Below, piece by piece: positions 25,317 to 35,700 of a DNA stretch of 64,000 nt. Location: the NCBI GenBank assembly GCA_903875225.1, contig CAIQVJ010000019.1, forward strand, positions 166,217-230,216. Direction: 5' to 3'. The number at the start of each line of letters is the position of its first letter. The stretch's first letter is position 1. The translations under genes were made by a program, and so were the position numbers. The notes under the pieces are model-generated. The model was given only the letters and a program-made list of their open reading frames with translations. It was not told where the DNA came from and did not search any database. Origin of the DNA: an uncultured Pseudomonadota bacterium (lineage in GTDB: Bacteria > Myxococcota_A > UBA796 > SXON01).

Positions 25317-27863
25317 TCAGTGGATCTCGATGTGGTAGGGCAGCATCGCGAACACCGTGGTGTCCTGCAGGGCCGAGAGCTCCCAGAACTGGGAGAGCTC
25401 CTTCGGCAGCTCCACGGGCGTGCCACCGAACAGCTTGCCGCCGCCAGCGATCTTCCGTAGTCCGGCGCGGATCAGGGTGGTCGGGAGGTCTCCCCCGCCG
25501 GCCTCGCCCCACGGGTCGAATTCGACCAGGGCGTACGGGCTGTCCTCGCCGATGTGCGCCTCCTTGCGAGCGCGCTCCACTGCGTCGTACAAGCCGCCGA
25601 AGGCATCCACCAGCCCTCGCTGGGAGGCCGCGGTGCCGCTCCACACCCGGCCGCGTGCCACGGCCTCGACCTGGTCATCGGTCATGTGTCGGCCCGCGCT
25701 GACCTTCGACGTGAACTGGGCGTAGGTCTCTCCGATCATCCTGTCCAGGGCGGCGAGCTGCAGCTCGTCGAACGGCTTCGACATCGAGTACATCGATGCA
25801 TTCCGGCCCCGGTCGAAGCTCTCGGTCTCGACGTGGAGCTTCTCGTACAGCCCCTGGAGGTTGTACTTCCCGCCGTACACCCCGATGCTGCCTGTCACGG
25901 TGGACGGGAGCGCGTAGATGGCGGTGGCGTTGGACGCGACGTAGTACCCGCCCGAGGCCGCGTATCCGCCCATCGACACGATGACCGGCTTGCCATCGTC
26001 CTTGAGCCGCTGCACCGCGCGCCAGATCTCGTCGGACGCGAACGCCGAGCCGCCAGGGCTGTCCACACGCAGCACGATCGCCTTGATCGCGCTGGTGTTG
26101 CGGGCCTGGTCGAGCGCGCGCACGATCGTCTGGGAGCCCGTCGAGCCGCCGCGCAGGAACCCGCCCGGGCTGCTCTCGCCCTCCGAGATCGCGCCGTCCA
26201 CCACGATGACGCCGATCGCGCGCTGTGGCTGCCAGCCCGACTGGTCGGGGGCCTCCTGGTAGCGGTCGTCCAGGAACAGGCTCTTCTGTTCGAGGACCGT
26301 CTGCATCTCGTGCTCCACCTCGTCCGGGTACAGGAGCCCGTCGACGAGCCCGTTGGCGAGCGCCTCCTTTGCGGTGTAGGGACCCCCGTCCACGAGCGAC
26401 TTCACCTCCTCGATGGTCTTGCCTCGGCCCACCGCGATGCCGCTGTCCAGCCCCGACGACAGGTCGTCGAGCAGGGAGTCCATCTCCTCCCGTGCGGGGT
26501 CCGAGGACTCGGTGTTGGTCCACTGCTCGGGGGCGGACTTGTACTCCGCGCGCTTGCGGTATTGCGCCTGAACGCCCACGAGATCGAGCGCGCCCTTGTA
26601 GAACTGGAGCTCGGCGGAGAGCCCCACCAGATCCACGCCCCCGGCGGGGTGCAGGTAGATCCGGTCGGCCACGGAAGCAAGCATGTAGGTGCCGTTCGAG
26701 GCCTCACCGTCCACGTACACGACCACCGCCTTGCGCGCGGTCCGCGCGTCGAGGAGCAGGTTCCGCACCTCCTCGATCTGGGCGAAGCTGAACGGCACTT
26801 CGCTGACCCGGACGAGGATGCCCCGCACCTGCGGATCGTGCGCCGCCGTCCGCAGGCGTCGCAGCAGGGTCAGGTAGCCCTCGGGCGCTCCCGAGAGCAC
26901 GGTGCCCTGGGGATTGTACGGGAAGCTGCCGTCGAGCGAGAACTCCGCGACCTTCCGACCGGGAACGAACAGCTGGTCGTCGCGTGGGACAGTGGTCAGG
27001 TAGCCGCCCAGGGACGGGTTCGTGGGGTCTGCGAGCCCCGCGGTCCCGTCCACGCCGAGCGCCACGTCCGCGAGGTGGAACTCGAGTGCCCCCCCCACGG
27101 TGAGCGCGGCAGGGTCCGCTACCGGGATGTCGGTGTAGGCACGAACCCACAGCCCGCGAGTGGGCTTGACACGGAGCGAAGCCACCCCGTGCTGCTCCGC
27201 GTCGCTGTCCGGCGGCGCGATCACCCGCCAGTCGAGGCCGAGGGTGACCACGTCGTTCCACGGTCGGAGCGCGAGGCCGCCGCCATACTCGGTGGAGACG
27301 CCGAGATCCGGGGCGGGACTGCCGATGTTGAGGACACGCCCGGCGAGGCCGAGAAAGGGCACCGGCCGCCAGCCCACGCCCAGGTCCCAGGCCACGAAGT
27401 TGTTGTCTCCGCCGTCCGGGAGCTCCCAGTGGATTGCGGAGCCGATCGCAACGCCCTTGGTGAGCCGGAGCGAGGCGCCGCTCGAGAAGGTCCACCACCC
27501 GGCGTCAGCGCCGGTGGTGTCGCGAAACTGCCGGTAGCCGATGCCGAGGCCCAGGCCGTTCCCGGTGGTGGCCACGGTGAAGCTGTTGAGGCCGTTGTCG
27601 ATCGCGCTCGTGCGGTAGTAGAAGGCGTAGCCGGGGTCCCGGTCAAAATTCATCAGCGCCGGGTTCTGGAAGAGGACGTGTACGCCGTCCTCGCCAGCGA
27701 GGCTCTTGAACGGGAGGTCCGGGCGCTCCGCCGATGTGGATGCCTGCAGGGCGTCGGCCGCGCTCGCCGTGGCGGGAGCGAAGGCACAAAGCAGGCCTGC
27801 AAGGCAGAACACACGGGCCGTGCCGCCCCTTGGGGCAACGGGAACGATGAAGTCGAGGGGCAT
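25317..27863 (-). CDS. sppA: Signal peptide peptidase SppA (tandem 67K-type) with ~300-aa N-terminal beta-barrel-like extension
   Basis: The C-terminal protease half has LRVDSPGGS and SMGGYAASGGYY (Ser nucleophile). The first half has AEYKSAPEQW (Lys of the dyad). The internal ATG 27863 gives the signal peptide MPLDFIVPVAPRGGTARVFCLAGLLCAFAPATASA. Residues ~40-300 show amphipathic beta-strand periodicity. Confidence 0.88.
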   Translation of the reverse strand: MPLDFIVPVAPRGGTARVFCLAGLLCAFAPATASAADALQASTSAERPDLPFKSLAGEDGVHVLFQNPALMNFDRDPGYAFYYRTSAIDNGLNSFTVATTGNGLGLGIGYRQFRDTTGADAGWWTFSSGASLRLTKGVAIGSAIHWELPDGGDNNFVAWDLGVGWRPVPFLGLAGRVLNIGSPAPDLGVSTEYGGGLALRPWNDVVTLGLDWRVIAPPDSDAEQHGVASLRVKPTRGLWVRAYTDIPVADPAALTVGGALEFHLADVALGVDGTAGLADPTNPSLGGYLTTVPRDDQLFVPGRKVAEFSLDGSFPYNPQGTVLSGAPEGYLTLLRRLRTAAHDPQVRGILVRVSEVPFSFAQIEEVRNLLLDARTARKAVVVYVDGEASNGTYMLASVADRIYLHPAGGVDLVGLSAELQFYKGALDLVGVQAQYRKRAEYKSAPEQWTNTESSDPAREEMDSLLDDLSSGLDSGIAVGRGKTIEEVKSLVDGGPYTAKEALANGLVDGLLYPDEVEHEMQTVLEQKSLFLDDRYQEAPDQSGWQPQRAIGVIVVDGAISEGESSPGGFLRGGSTGSQTIVRALDQARNTSAIKAIVLRVDSPGGSAFASDEIWRAVQRLKDDGKPVIVSMGGYAASGGYYVASNATAIYALPSTVTGSIGVYGGKYNLQGLYEKLHVETESFDRGRNASMYSMSKPFDELQLAALDRMIGETYAQFTSKVSAGRHMTDDQVEAVARGRVWSGTAASQRGLVDAFGGLYDAVERARKEAHIGEDSPYALVEFDPWGEAGGGDLPTTLIRAGLRKIAGGGKLFGGTPVELPKELSQFWELSALQDTTVFAMLPYHIEIH

Positions 27864-28024
27864 CCGGGCTCCGGTCCAGCAAGCGTAACGTTCTCCGTGT
27901 GGGGGAGGACGCCGCCCGGCGGGAGCCCGTGCCTCCGCCGTTCCGGCAGGGAATGCTGTTGTCATGTCAAGGGGTGGCGTTCGACCTGGTCGAAGCATTC
28001 CGCAGCTAACTCTTCAAAAGATTG

Positions 28025-28053
28025 TTGCTATTTCGATGATCGCACTTGTAAAT
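28025..28053 (+). promoter_or_regulatory. Candidate sigma-70-type promoter for dacB in the most AT-rich stretch of the window
   Basis: TTGCTA (28025-28030), a 17-nt spacer, then GTAAAT (28048-28053), about 125 nt upstream of the dacB ATG. This is a hexamer match only. The divergent intergenic region 27864-28178 also holds TTGACA on the minus strand (27970-27965). Confidence 0.25.
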
Positions 28054-28178
28054 GAATCCAAGGCAGGTCAGAATCTTCCAGACGCTCCACGCGTTGTACG
28101 TTCGCCCCCGCCGGCTCGTCTTTGAGCCATCCTCCTCCGGGGTTCCCGCCCCTCCCTGACTCACCGCTCGAGGTCGCC

Positions 28179-29738
28179 ATGCGGCTCCACTCCCTCCTCC
28201 TGCCCCTGCTCCTCTCGCTGGTCTGCCTGCCCAGCGCGTTCGCGACGGACCCCCAGGATGTCGAGCCCGGGTCCGCGGATGCGGGCGACATCGTCCGAAT
28301 CCCGACCCAGATCCAGCCGCTGCAGGATGCGCTCGCGCAGCTCGCGTCGGACCCCATCTTCTCCTCGGCGGCGGTCTCCGTGCAGGTGGTCGACGCCGAA
28401 TCGGGCGCTCAGGTGTACCAGTGGGGCGACGACAAGGCGTTGGTCCCGGCCAGCACGATGAAGGTGTTGACGTCCGCCACCGCTCTCCGCACGCTCGGCC
28501 CCGCCTGGACCTTCCCGACCTGGGTGATGACCCCTGCCAGGATCGATGACGCCGGGCTCCTCGACGGGTCGCTGTACATCAAGGGCCAGGGGGATCCCAC
28601 CATGGTGGTGGAGCGGATGTACCGCATGGTCATGGACCTGCGCCTGCAGGGCGTGAAGGAGATCAAAGGCGACGTCGTCTTCGACGACGGCTACTTCGCC
28701 GACACCACGCTGATCCCCGGTTGGGACAACGACGATGACATGGAGGACGGTCCCACGTACTTCGCGCCGCTCGGGGCGCTCTCCGTGAACTACAACATCG
28801 CGGCCATCGTGGTGCGCCCCGGCGCAGCGTCAGGCGCGCTCGCACACGCGGACTTCGAGAGCCCCACGGCTGCCGTGGTCCTGGAAAACAAGCTCACCAC
28901 GGGGAGCAAGACGAGTCGAAAGTGGGTGAAGATCGAGCGCAAGCTCGACGAGACGGGGAAGATCACCACCTTCACGCTCACCGGCAACGTGCCGCTGGAG
29001 AGCGAGGCCGACACCTACTACAAGACGCTCTCCGACCCGCTCGGCAACTACATCGGCGTGTTCACGGGCCTGCTCAAGCAGCAGGGCATCAAGGTGCGCG
29101 GCCACATGATCCCGGGCACCACTCCCTCCGATGCCAAGGTGCTCTACGTGGAGCGCAGCGAGGCGCTGGTGAACATCCTCGCGGAGATGAACAAGCACTC
29201 CAACAACTTCATCGCGGAGCAGGTGGCTCGGACCGTGGGGGCCGAGCGCTATGGCCTCCCCGGCACGACGGCGAAGGGGACCCAGGCCATCAGCGAGTAC
29301 CTTGGCCAGATCGGCATCCCCGCCGCGGACTACGCGTTGGTGAACGGCTCCGGCCTGTCCCGGAACGTGACGCTCCGGCCGTCGGTGATCGCCAAGGTGC
29401 TCGTCGACATGTGGAACAACCCCTCGGTGGGACCTGAATTCCTGACCACCCTCTCGGTCGGTGGGCGTGACGGTACGCTCCGCTCGCGCTTTCGCGAAGA
29501 GGCGATGGCAGGTCGCGTGCGAGGGAAAACCGGCACGCTCAACGGCGTGCACTGCCTCACCGGCTATGTGCGGTCCCAGGACGACCACGTCTACGCTTTC
29601 GCATTCCTGGTCAACGACATCGACGGCGCGCTGTCGCGCGCCCGCCGAGCACATGACCGCCTGGTGGGTGCCCTGGCGGGCACTACGGGGAACGTCGCAG
29701 ACAGCGACGGGGAAGGGGAACAGGCCAACAAACCGTGA
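28179..29738 (+). CDS. dacB: D-alanyl-D-alanine carboxypeptidase/endopeptidase (PBP4, peptidase S13)
   Basis: Signal peptide MRLHSLLLPLLLSLVCLPSAFA, then the active-site triad motifs STMK, SNN and KTG in the correct order and spacing. Confidence 0.9.
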   Translation: MRLHSLLLPLLLSLVCLPSAFATDPQDVEPGSADAGDIVRIPTQIQPLQDALAQLASDPIFSSAAVSVQVVDAESGAQVYQWGDDKALVPASTMKVLTSATALRTLGPAWTFPTWVMTPARIDDAGLLDGSLYIKGQGDPTMVVERMYRMVMDLRLQGVKEIKGDVVFDDGYFADTTLIPGWDNDDDMEDGPTYFAPLGALSVNYNIAAIVVRPGAASGALAHADFESPTAAVVLENKLTTGSKTSRKWVKIERKLDETGKITTFTLTGNVPLESEADTYYKTLSDPLGNYIGVFTGLLKQQGIKVRGHMIPGTTPSDAKVLYVERSEALVNILAEMNKHSNNFIAEQVARTVGAERYGLPGTTAKGTQAISEYLGQIGIPAADYALVNGSGLSRNVTLRPSVIAKVLVDMWNNPSVGPEFLTTLSVGGRDGTLRSRFREEAMAGRVRGKTGTLNGVHCLTGYVRSQDDHVYAFAFLVNDIDGALSRARRAHDRLVGALAGTTGNVADSDGEGEQANKP

Positions 29739-29786
29739 GGCGGGCTGAAAGGTTGCCGCGACGACGCGATTTCGCCCTCGCTCGGA

Positions 29787-29801
29787 TGGCGAGCCGCCTG
29801 C
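29787..29801 (+). promoter_or_regulatory. Weak sigma-54 -24/-12-like element upstream of the TPR/motor cluster
   Basis: TGGCGAGCCGCCTGC fits TGGC-N8-TGC (the GG-N10-GC spacing) and lies 76-90 nt upstream of ATG 29877. Such matches are expected by chance several times in a GC-rich 64-kb window. Confidence 0.2.
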
Positions 29802-29876
29802 GGACGCGGTACTTCAGTGCGCATCGTTCTGTTCGCGCGCCTCGTCTTCGGGGTGTCCGACGTGGTAGAGGTGCAG

Positions 29877-30596
29877 ATGCGTCGCTCAAGCTGGGTTCTT
29901 CTCTCCGGTCTCCCCCTTCTCGCAGCCTACGGGTCGGCGGCGTTCGCGGGGAGTCCGGCACCGGCATCCCCTGAACTCGGCACCCCCACGCCCGCGACGA
30001 CTCCTGCGGCGACCCCGGATCCAAGCGCTCCACAGACCCAGGAGGCCAACGACGCTGCGGCGCAGGACGCTCTCTCTGCGGTGAACCGGGACCTGCTCAC
30101 GGCCGAAGAAGCCGTGGACAAGACCAAGGAGCGCGTGTTTCGGGCCAAGGCCACTCTCCAGCTGTTGAAGGAGATCGTCATCGAGGGCTCCTCGAACGGG
30201 GGCCAGTTGCTCATCCTGCACGAGAACCGGCTGGGGGCCGGGTTCAACCTCGAGGCGGTCACCTACCTGCTCGACGGGCAGACGAAGATGACCAAGGCTG
30301 ACGTCTCCGGGGCCCTCGACCAGAACCGGGAGCTCAAGGTGAGCGAGGGCACGGTGCCTTCCGGCAACCACACGCTGTCGGTGGACTTCAAGGTGCGGCC
30401 CACGGGCTACGGCCTCTTCAAGTACGCGCAGGACTACACGATCGACGTCCGGAGCAGCTACCAGTTCGCGGTTGACCTGGGCAAGACCTGCACGCTCCGC
30501 GCGAGCATCTCCGAAAAGGGCGGCGCTGTGCAGCAGCTGCAGGACCGCGCGAAAACCGCCTTCGACATCCAGTGCGAGACTGTCGATGGCAAGTGA
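29877..30596 (+). CDS. Secreted protein (Pro/Thr-rich linker, coiled coil, beta domain), first gene of the TPR/motor cluster
   Basis: An internal ATG gives the signal peptide MRRSSWVLLSGLPLLAAYGSAAFA. The 3' end overlaps the next gene by 11 nt. I recognise no family. Confidence 0.65.
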   Translation: MRRSSWVLLSGLPLLAAYGSAAFAGSPAPASPELGTPTPATTPAATPDPSAPQTQEANDAAAQDALSAVNRDLLTAEEAVDKTKERVFRAKATLQLLKEIVIEGSSNGGQLLILHENRLGAGFNLEAVTYLLDGQTKMTKADVSGALDQNRELKVSEGTVPSGNHTLSVDFKVRPTGYGLFKYAQDYTIDVRSSYQFAVDLGKTCTLRASISEKGGAVQQLQDRAKTAFDIQCETVDGK

Positions 30597-32715
30597 ATGC
30601 TGGTCGGAGAGCCCCGTCCCCTTCGTGCGGGTCGCATCGATCGTCGGGCTGTTGGCCGCGTTGTCGCTCACGCCAGCACACGCCTCGGAGCGGTCGGTGG
30701 CCGACCGCATCGCGTCCGTCGATGCCGATACCAGGAGCCTCTCGGCGCAGGTGTCGGACATCCGGAGGAACTTCACGGACCGAGCCGGGCTCGTCGGCGT
30801 CACCGACGCTCGTGATCGCTACGAGGAGGGTGTCTACCAGTTCCTCGTAGGCGACTACGACAGCGCGGCGACGACCTTCTACATCCTGGTCCAGTCCCAT
30901 GCGCTCGCCAGCGCGGATCTGGCCCACGACTCCGAGTGGTACCTCGCTGAGAGCCTGTTCGAGCTCAACGACTACCGGATCGCGCTGGAGGCGTACCAGG
31001 TGATCGTGGACGCGGGGCCCTCCCACGCCTATTTCGCTGACGCGGTGCGCCGGAGTCTCGAGACGTTCGCCATTCTCAAGGAGAACGCGAGCTTCGACAA
31101 GATGTACGCCGACTACATCGGCTCCGGGAAGGTCCAGTCCACCGACCTCATCAGCTATACCCTCGCCAAGTCGTTCTACCGGCGAGGGGAGTCGGCCCGC
31201 TCGAAGGCGATGTTCGAGAGCATCGCGCCCGCCACGCCGTACTACTCGCGGGCAAGGTACTTCCTGGGCGTCCTGATGATCCAGGAGAAGAACTACAAGC
31301 AGGCCATGGACGAGTTCGCGGCGGCCGAGAAGGACCCCGTCGTCGACGACGACCACAAGCGCGTCCACGAGCTTTCGCAGGTCGCCCTCGCCCGACTGAA
31401 CTACGAGGCCGGCTCGATGGAAGAGGCGGTGTTCTGGTACGGCAAGGTGAGCCGCAACAGCCCGAACTACGCCGACCAGCTCTACGAGAGCGCCTGGGCC
31501 GACATAAAGACCGCGAACGACGTGGAGAACCAGGTCCAGTCGGAGTACATCGCCTCGGGTGGGGATCCGAAGGCGAAGGCGCCCGTCAACCAGAAGCTGG
31601 TGAACGCGTGGCGCACCGCGACCGACACCGTCTCGCTGTTCCTCGAGGCGTTTCCGCAGCACCGATACACCGCGAGCATGAAGATCCTGCAGGGGCACCT
31701 GCACATGAAGCTCCAGGACTACGACGGAGCGGAGCAAGGCTACCAGAAGGTCGTCGCCGAGTACGAGCCGGTGGTTGCGCGCCTCGGCGAGATCCAGGCG
31801 GACCGGACCATCACCGGGCGCTTCCTGGACCAGCTCACCGACGACAGGCGGGGCGCGGACGAAGACCTGCTCCCCGGCTACGCGGAGGAGATCCTGCTTT
31901 CCCGGCCGGAAGTCGGTCGTGCGGCAAGCTCCTGGAACGAACTCCGGCACCAGCGCGCCGAGCTCAAGGCGAGTGACGATCTGGTCAACGTGCTGCAGTC
32001 CGTGCTAGCCGACCCGACCCGCCGGCTCGGCACCTTCGTGACCGCCTCCTCCCAGCTCACCGCGCTGGCGGGCAACGTGCTCACGCTCGAGGGACGACTG
32101 CTCGATGCGGAGATAGCCGCCCTGAAAGCAGAGGATCCGGCTCGCCGCACCGAGCTGGCCACCATCCAGAAGGCGAAGGACAACGCATACCCCGAGGCTG
32201 CGGCCTCGCCCGACATCAACGCCGCGGTTGCGGTCACCTACGCTGGTGTGAGAAAGACGCTCGCCGGCTTCCGGGGCGATGTGGCAGACACCTCGCAGCT
32301 CGTGGCCATCGATCAGGAATGGGCTGCCGTGCAGGCCCTGGACAAGCACGTCGCCGAGACCGCGGAGGTGCTCGGGAAGGCCGAGAGCGCCGAGCTTGGC
32401 GCAGTGCGCAAGAAGTTCGAGCAGACGACCGCGCACGTCACTGAACTCCATGCAGACGTGGCCACCCAGTCCGCGAACGTGGAGGCCCTGGCCGAAACGG
32501 CGGTGCAGACCGGTGTGCACGCGGTAGAGGCGGACTTTCGCACCGACGTCCTCACTGCGGACAAGGGCATCGTCGATGTCGCCTGGCTCCGCAAGACGTC
32601 GACCACTGAACAGATGGAGACGCTCACACGCGAGCAGGTCGCCCTGCTCAAGAGCATCAAGGAGCAATACGATCAGCTCCGAACGAACGCCAGCGACGGG
32701 GAGAAATCGAAATGA
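30586..32715 (+). CDS. Periplasmic TPR plus coiled-coil protein (GltC/NfsC-like by position and architecture)
   Basis: 709 aa. Signal peptide MASECWSESPVPFVRVASIVGLLAALSLTPAHA. TPR-like helical pairs occur in the N-terminal half (YEEGVYQFLVGDYDSAATTFY..., YYSRARYFLGVLMIQEKNYKQAMDEF), and the C-terminal half is a long coiled coil. Confidence 0.7.
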   Translation: MASECWSESPVPFVRVASIVGLLAALSLTPAHASERSVADRIASVDADTRSLSAQVSDIRRNFTDRAGLVGVTDARDRYEEGVYQFLVGDYDSAATTFYILVQSHALASADLAHDSEWYLAESLFELNDYRIALEAYQVIVDAGPSHAYFADAVRRSLETFAILKENASFDKMYADYIGSGKVQSTDLISYTLAKSFYRRGESARSKAMFESIAPATPYYSRARYFLGVLMIQEKNYKQAMDEFAAAEKDPVVDDDHKRVHELSQVALARLNYEAGSMEEAVFWYGKVSRNSPNYADQLYESAWADIKTANDVENQVQSEYIASGGDPKAKAPVNQKLVNAWRTATDTVSLFLEAFPQHRYTASMKILQGHLHMKLQDYDGAEQGYQKVVAEYEPVVARLGEIQADRTITGRFLDQLTDDRRGADEDLLPGYAEEILLSRPEVGRAASSWNELRHQRAELKASDDLVNVLQSVLADPTRRLGTFVTASSQLTALAGNVLTLEGRLLDAEIAALKAEDPARRTELATIQKAKDNAYPEAAASPDINAAVAVTYAGVRKTLAGFRGDVADTSQLVAIDQEWAAVQALDKHVAETAEVLGKAESAELGAVRKKFEQTTAHVTELHADVATQSANVEALAETAVQTGVHAVEADFRTDVLTADKGIVDVAWLRKTSTTEQMETLTREQVALLKSIKEQYDQLRTNASDGEKSK

Positions 32716-35700
32716 CGCGCCCATCGACGGAAGGCCGTCGCTCACCCGCCACCGAGCGGCTGGTAATTGCCCAGCGCAGCGTTGGCCTGCTGGTCCTGGC
32801 TGGGGTTGCGGCGCAGCCTGCTGCCGCGCTGGATCTGCCCAAGAGCGTCAACGCAGCCGAGTTCCAGGCCTTCCACGACACCCTCGACCGCTTCAACGAT
32901 CGCATGCGCGAGCTCCAGGCCGACGCCGCGACGATCGTCGATCAGCACCAGCAGGCCGAGGAGGATCGCATCGCGTCGATCTACGGCACGATGATCCAGA
33001 AGCTGCAGGACGACGAAAACGCCCAGCGGAAGGCCGCTGTAGCGCGCCTCGAGGCGTTCCTGCGCAAGTACCCGGTGAGCCCCTACTCCGCGGACATGAA
33101 GTACCGGCTCGCGGATCTCTACTTCGAGACGTCGGAGCTCGAGTACGCCACCGCGTTCCAGGAGTACACGCGGCTCCAGGACGCCGCGGCGGAACACCCG
33201 GACCTCGTCGTGCCCGAGCCGCCGCAGAAGAATTATGCCCGATCCGTAACGTTGTACAAGGATATCCTGGCCAACAACCAGGAATACGACAACCTTCCGG
33301 AAGCCTACTACATGCTGGCCTGGTGCTACAACGCACAGGCCGCCGAGCAGTACGATCCCGAGGCCGGCCGGCTCATGAATGAGACGATCGTGAGCCGCTA
33401 CCCCGGCACTCCATTCGCGAACGACGCGAACATGATGCTGGGTGAGTACTGGTTCGAGCTCCCCGGTCCGCGCGCCAACCCGGTGCTGAACGTCCCGACG
33501 GCGATCTCGTACTACCAGACCGTGCTGAACGACGGTCCGACCGGCCGAAACTACGACAAGGCGATCTACAAGCTCGGTTGGTCGAACTACAAGCTCAACA
33601 ACTACGACGCAGCGCTCTCCTTCATGGTCCAGCTGCTGGACTACTCCGACAAGCTTTTCCTGCAGACCGGGAAGCCGTCGAACATGCGGCCCGAGGCCGT
33701 GAAGTATCTGGCCATCTCCTATGCGGACATGGGGTTCAACCAGGGCAAGAAGCCGATCGACATCGCGGTCACGCACCTCGACAAGGTGGGCGACAGGCCA
33801 TGGGCGCACGAGGAGCTGGAGACGCTCGCCGACATCCTTGCGAAGCAGGCGAAGTTCGAGGACGCGATCGACACGTGGGCCTACCTGCAGACGCGGTGGC
33901 CGCTCGACCCAAAGAACCCGGTCTACCAGTACAATGTCGCGCAGGCATGGATGCGGAACGGGATTCCCGACCCCGCCAAGGCCCAGGAGGCGATGGCGAA
34001 GCTCTCGGAGGTCTACCGGGAGGGTGGACCCTGGTATGTGGCGAACCGGACGAACCCGGACGCGATCGCGATCGCCCGCGGCTACATCGAGACCTCTCTG
34101 GCGGATGTCGCCACCGAGCTGTACGCGAAAGCGCAGCAGACGGGGAACGTGCAGGACTATGCGGCAGCGGCCGACAAGTTCAAGGAGTTCCTCGAAAAGT
34201 ACCCCTTCGGCGCCGACTACAACGACGACGAGTGGTACTATGCCTCGGCCCTGTACGACTCGAACCAGTTCGAGGCCGCGCTCTCGGCGTACGACCAGGT
34301 GCTGAAGAACGACCATTCGCCCTACCGCGACTCTGCTCGGTACCAGGTGCTGCTCGTACGCGCGCAGCTCGTGCTCGCCAAGTACGGCAAGCTTCCCGAC
34401 GTGCCCGCTGGGCAGACGATCGAGCGGACCATCACCACCGACTTCGGGAAGCAGATCACCGTTTACTCGGTGTCCGACGAGCAGAAGGCCTTCATCGCCG
34501 CCTGTGACGACGTCGTGGACAGGCAGTTCGCGGACGACGACATCAAGGCCATGCTCGAAAAGGCCCGTCCCGGATACATCTACACCCCCGGCCAGATCTA
34601 CTACAACCACGGAAACTACACGGAGGCCCGTGCCCGCTTCAACAAGGTCATCGACCGGTATCCGACGACCCAGGAAGCTGGTTTTGCAGCTGGGCTTCTC
34701 GTGCAGACCTACGTCAACGAGGGCGATCTCGAGCGCGTCTCGACGATCATCGACGAGCTGAAGGCCAGGCACCTGGGCGAGGGCGGGAGCAGCGAAGCGC
34801 TGGCGAAGCTTGACAACGTCCAGGAACAGGCTGTGTTCAACCTCGCGAACGCGCTGGCGGAGAAGGGCAAGCACCCCGAGTCGTCCGCCGCGTACCTGAG
34901 CTTCCTCACGCGGTTCCCGAACTCGCAGTACCTGAACCTCGCCTTGTACAACGCCGCGAACCAGGCAGACATCGCGGGACAGGGCGCGGATGCCATCAAG
35001 CTCTTCGAGCGGTACGTGACGACCTACCCGGACGACGAGCGTAGCAAGGACCTGTACTTCCGCATTGCGGACACCTACTCGGCCACGCTCGAACTCGACA
35101 AGGCCATCGGCTACTACACGAAACTGTACACGAAGTTCCCGAGTCACACGGACGCCGCGAACGCGATGTACAACGCGGCGTTCCTCATGGTCGGCACCGG
35201 AAACCACGCAGACGCCGCCCGGCGGTACGAGCTGTACGCCACGACCTTCAAGGACCGCCCAGACGCCGAGGACACCTACTGGCGTGCTGGGGAGCAGTGG
35301 GATCTCGTCAGCGAGGCAGACGGGATCAGCTTCTACAAGCGATACCTCGATCGCTTCGGCGCCTCGCAGCCCAACCACGCCATCGAGGCGCTGTACAAGA
35401 TCGCCAAGGCGCAGGAGAAGAAGGGCGACCGCGGGGCCGCCGCGACATGGGCGCGCCTCCAGGACACCTTCCGGTCCGCCAGCGGCGCGGCGCTCAACCA
35501 GCATACGCGCTCGCTCGCGGCCGAGGGCGCGGTCAAGGATCTGCAGAAGCAGTTCGAGACCTTGAAGGTCGTGAAGTGGACCACGTCCGAGGAAAAGAAC
35601 GTCGAGATCATCAAGGTCACGATGCCGGCGAAGATCATCGCCTTCAAGGATCAAGCCATCAGCATCGTCTCGACCTACCAGGACTACGACAGCAGCGCTG

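Noticed and set aside
27965-27970. Perfect TTGACA on the minus strand as the sppA promoter -35
   Set aside because: There is no acceptable -10 hexamer at 16-18 nt spacing (tgccgg/gccgga), so I do not call it as a feature. It is only noted in the divergent-region description.
25554-28055. 833-aa plus-strand ORF
   Set aside because: It is the antisense shadow of sppA, with Arg/Gly/His-rich nonsense composition.
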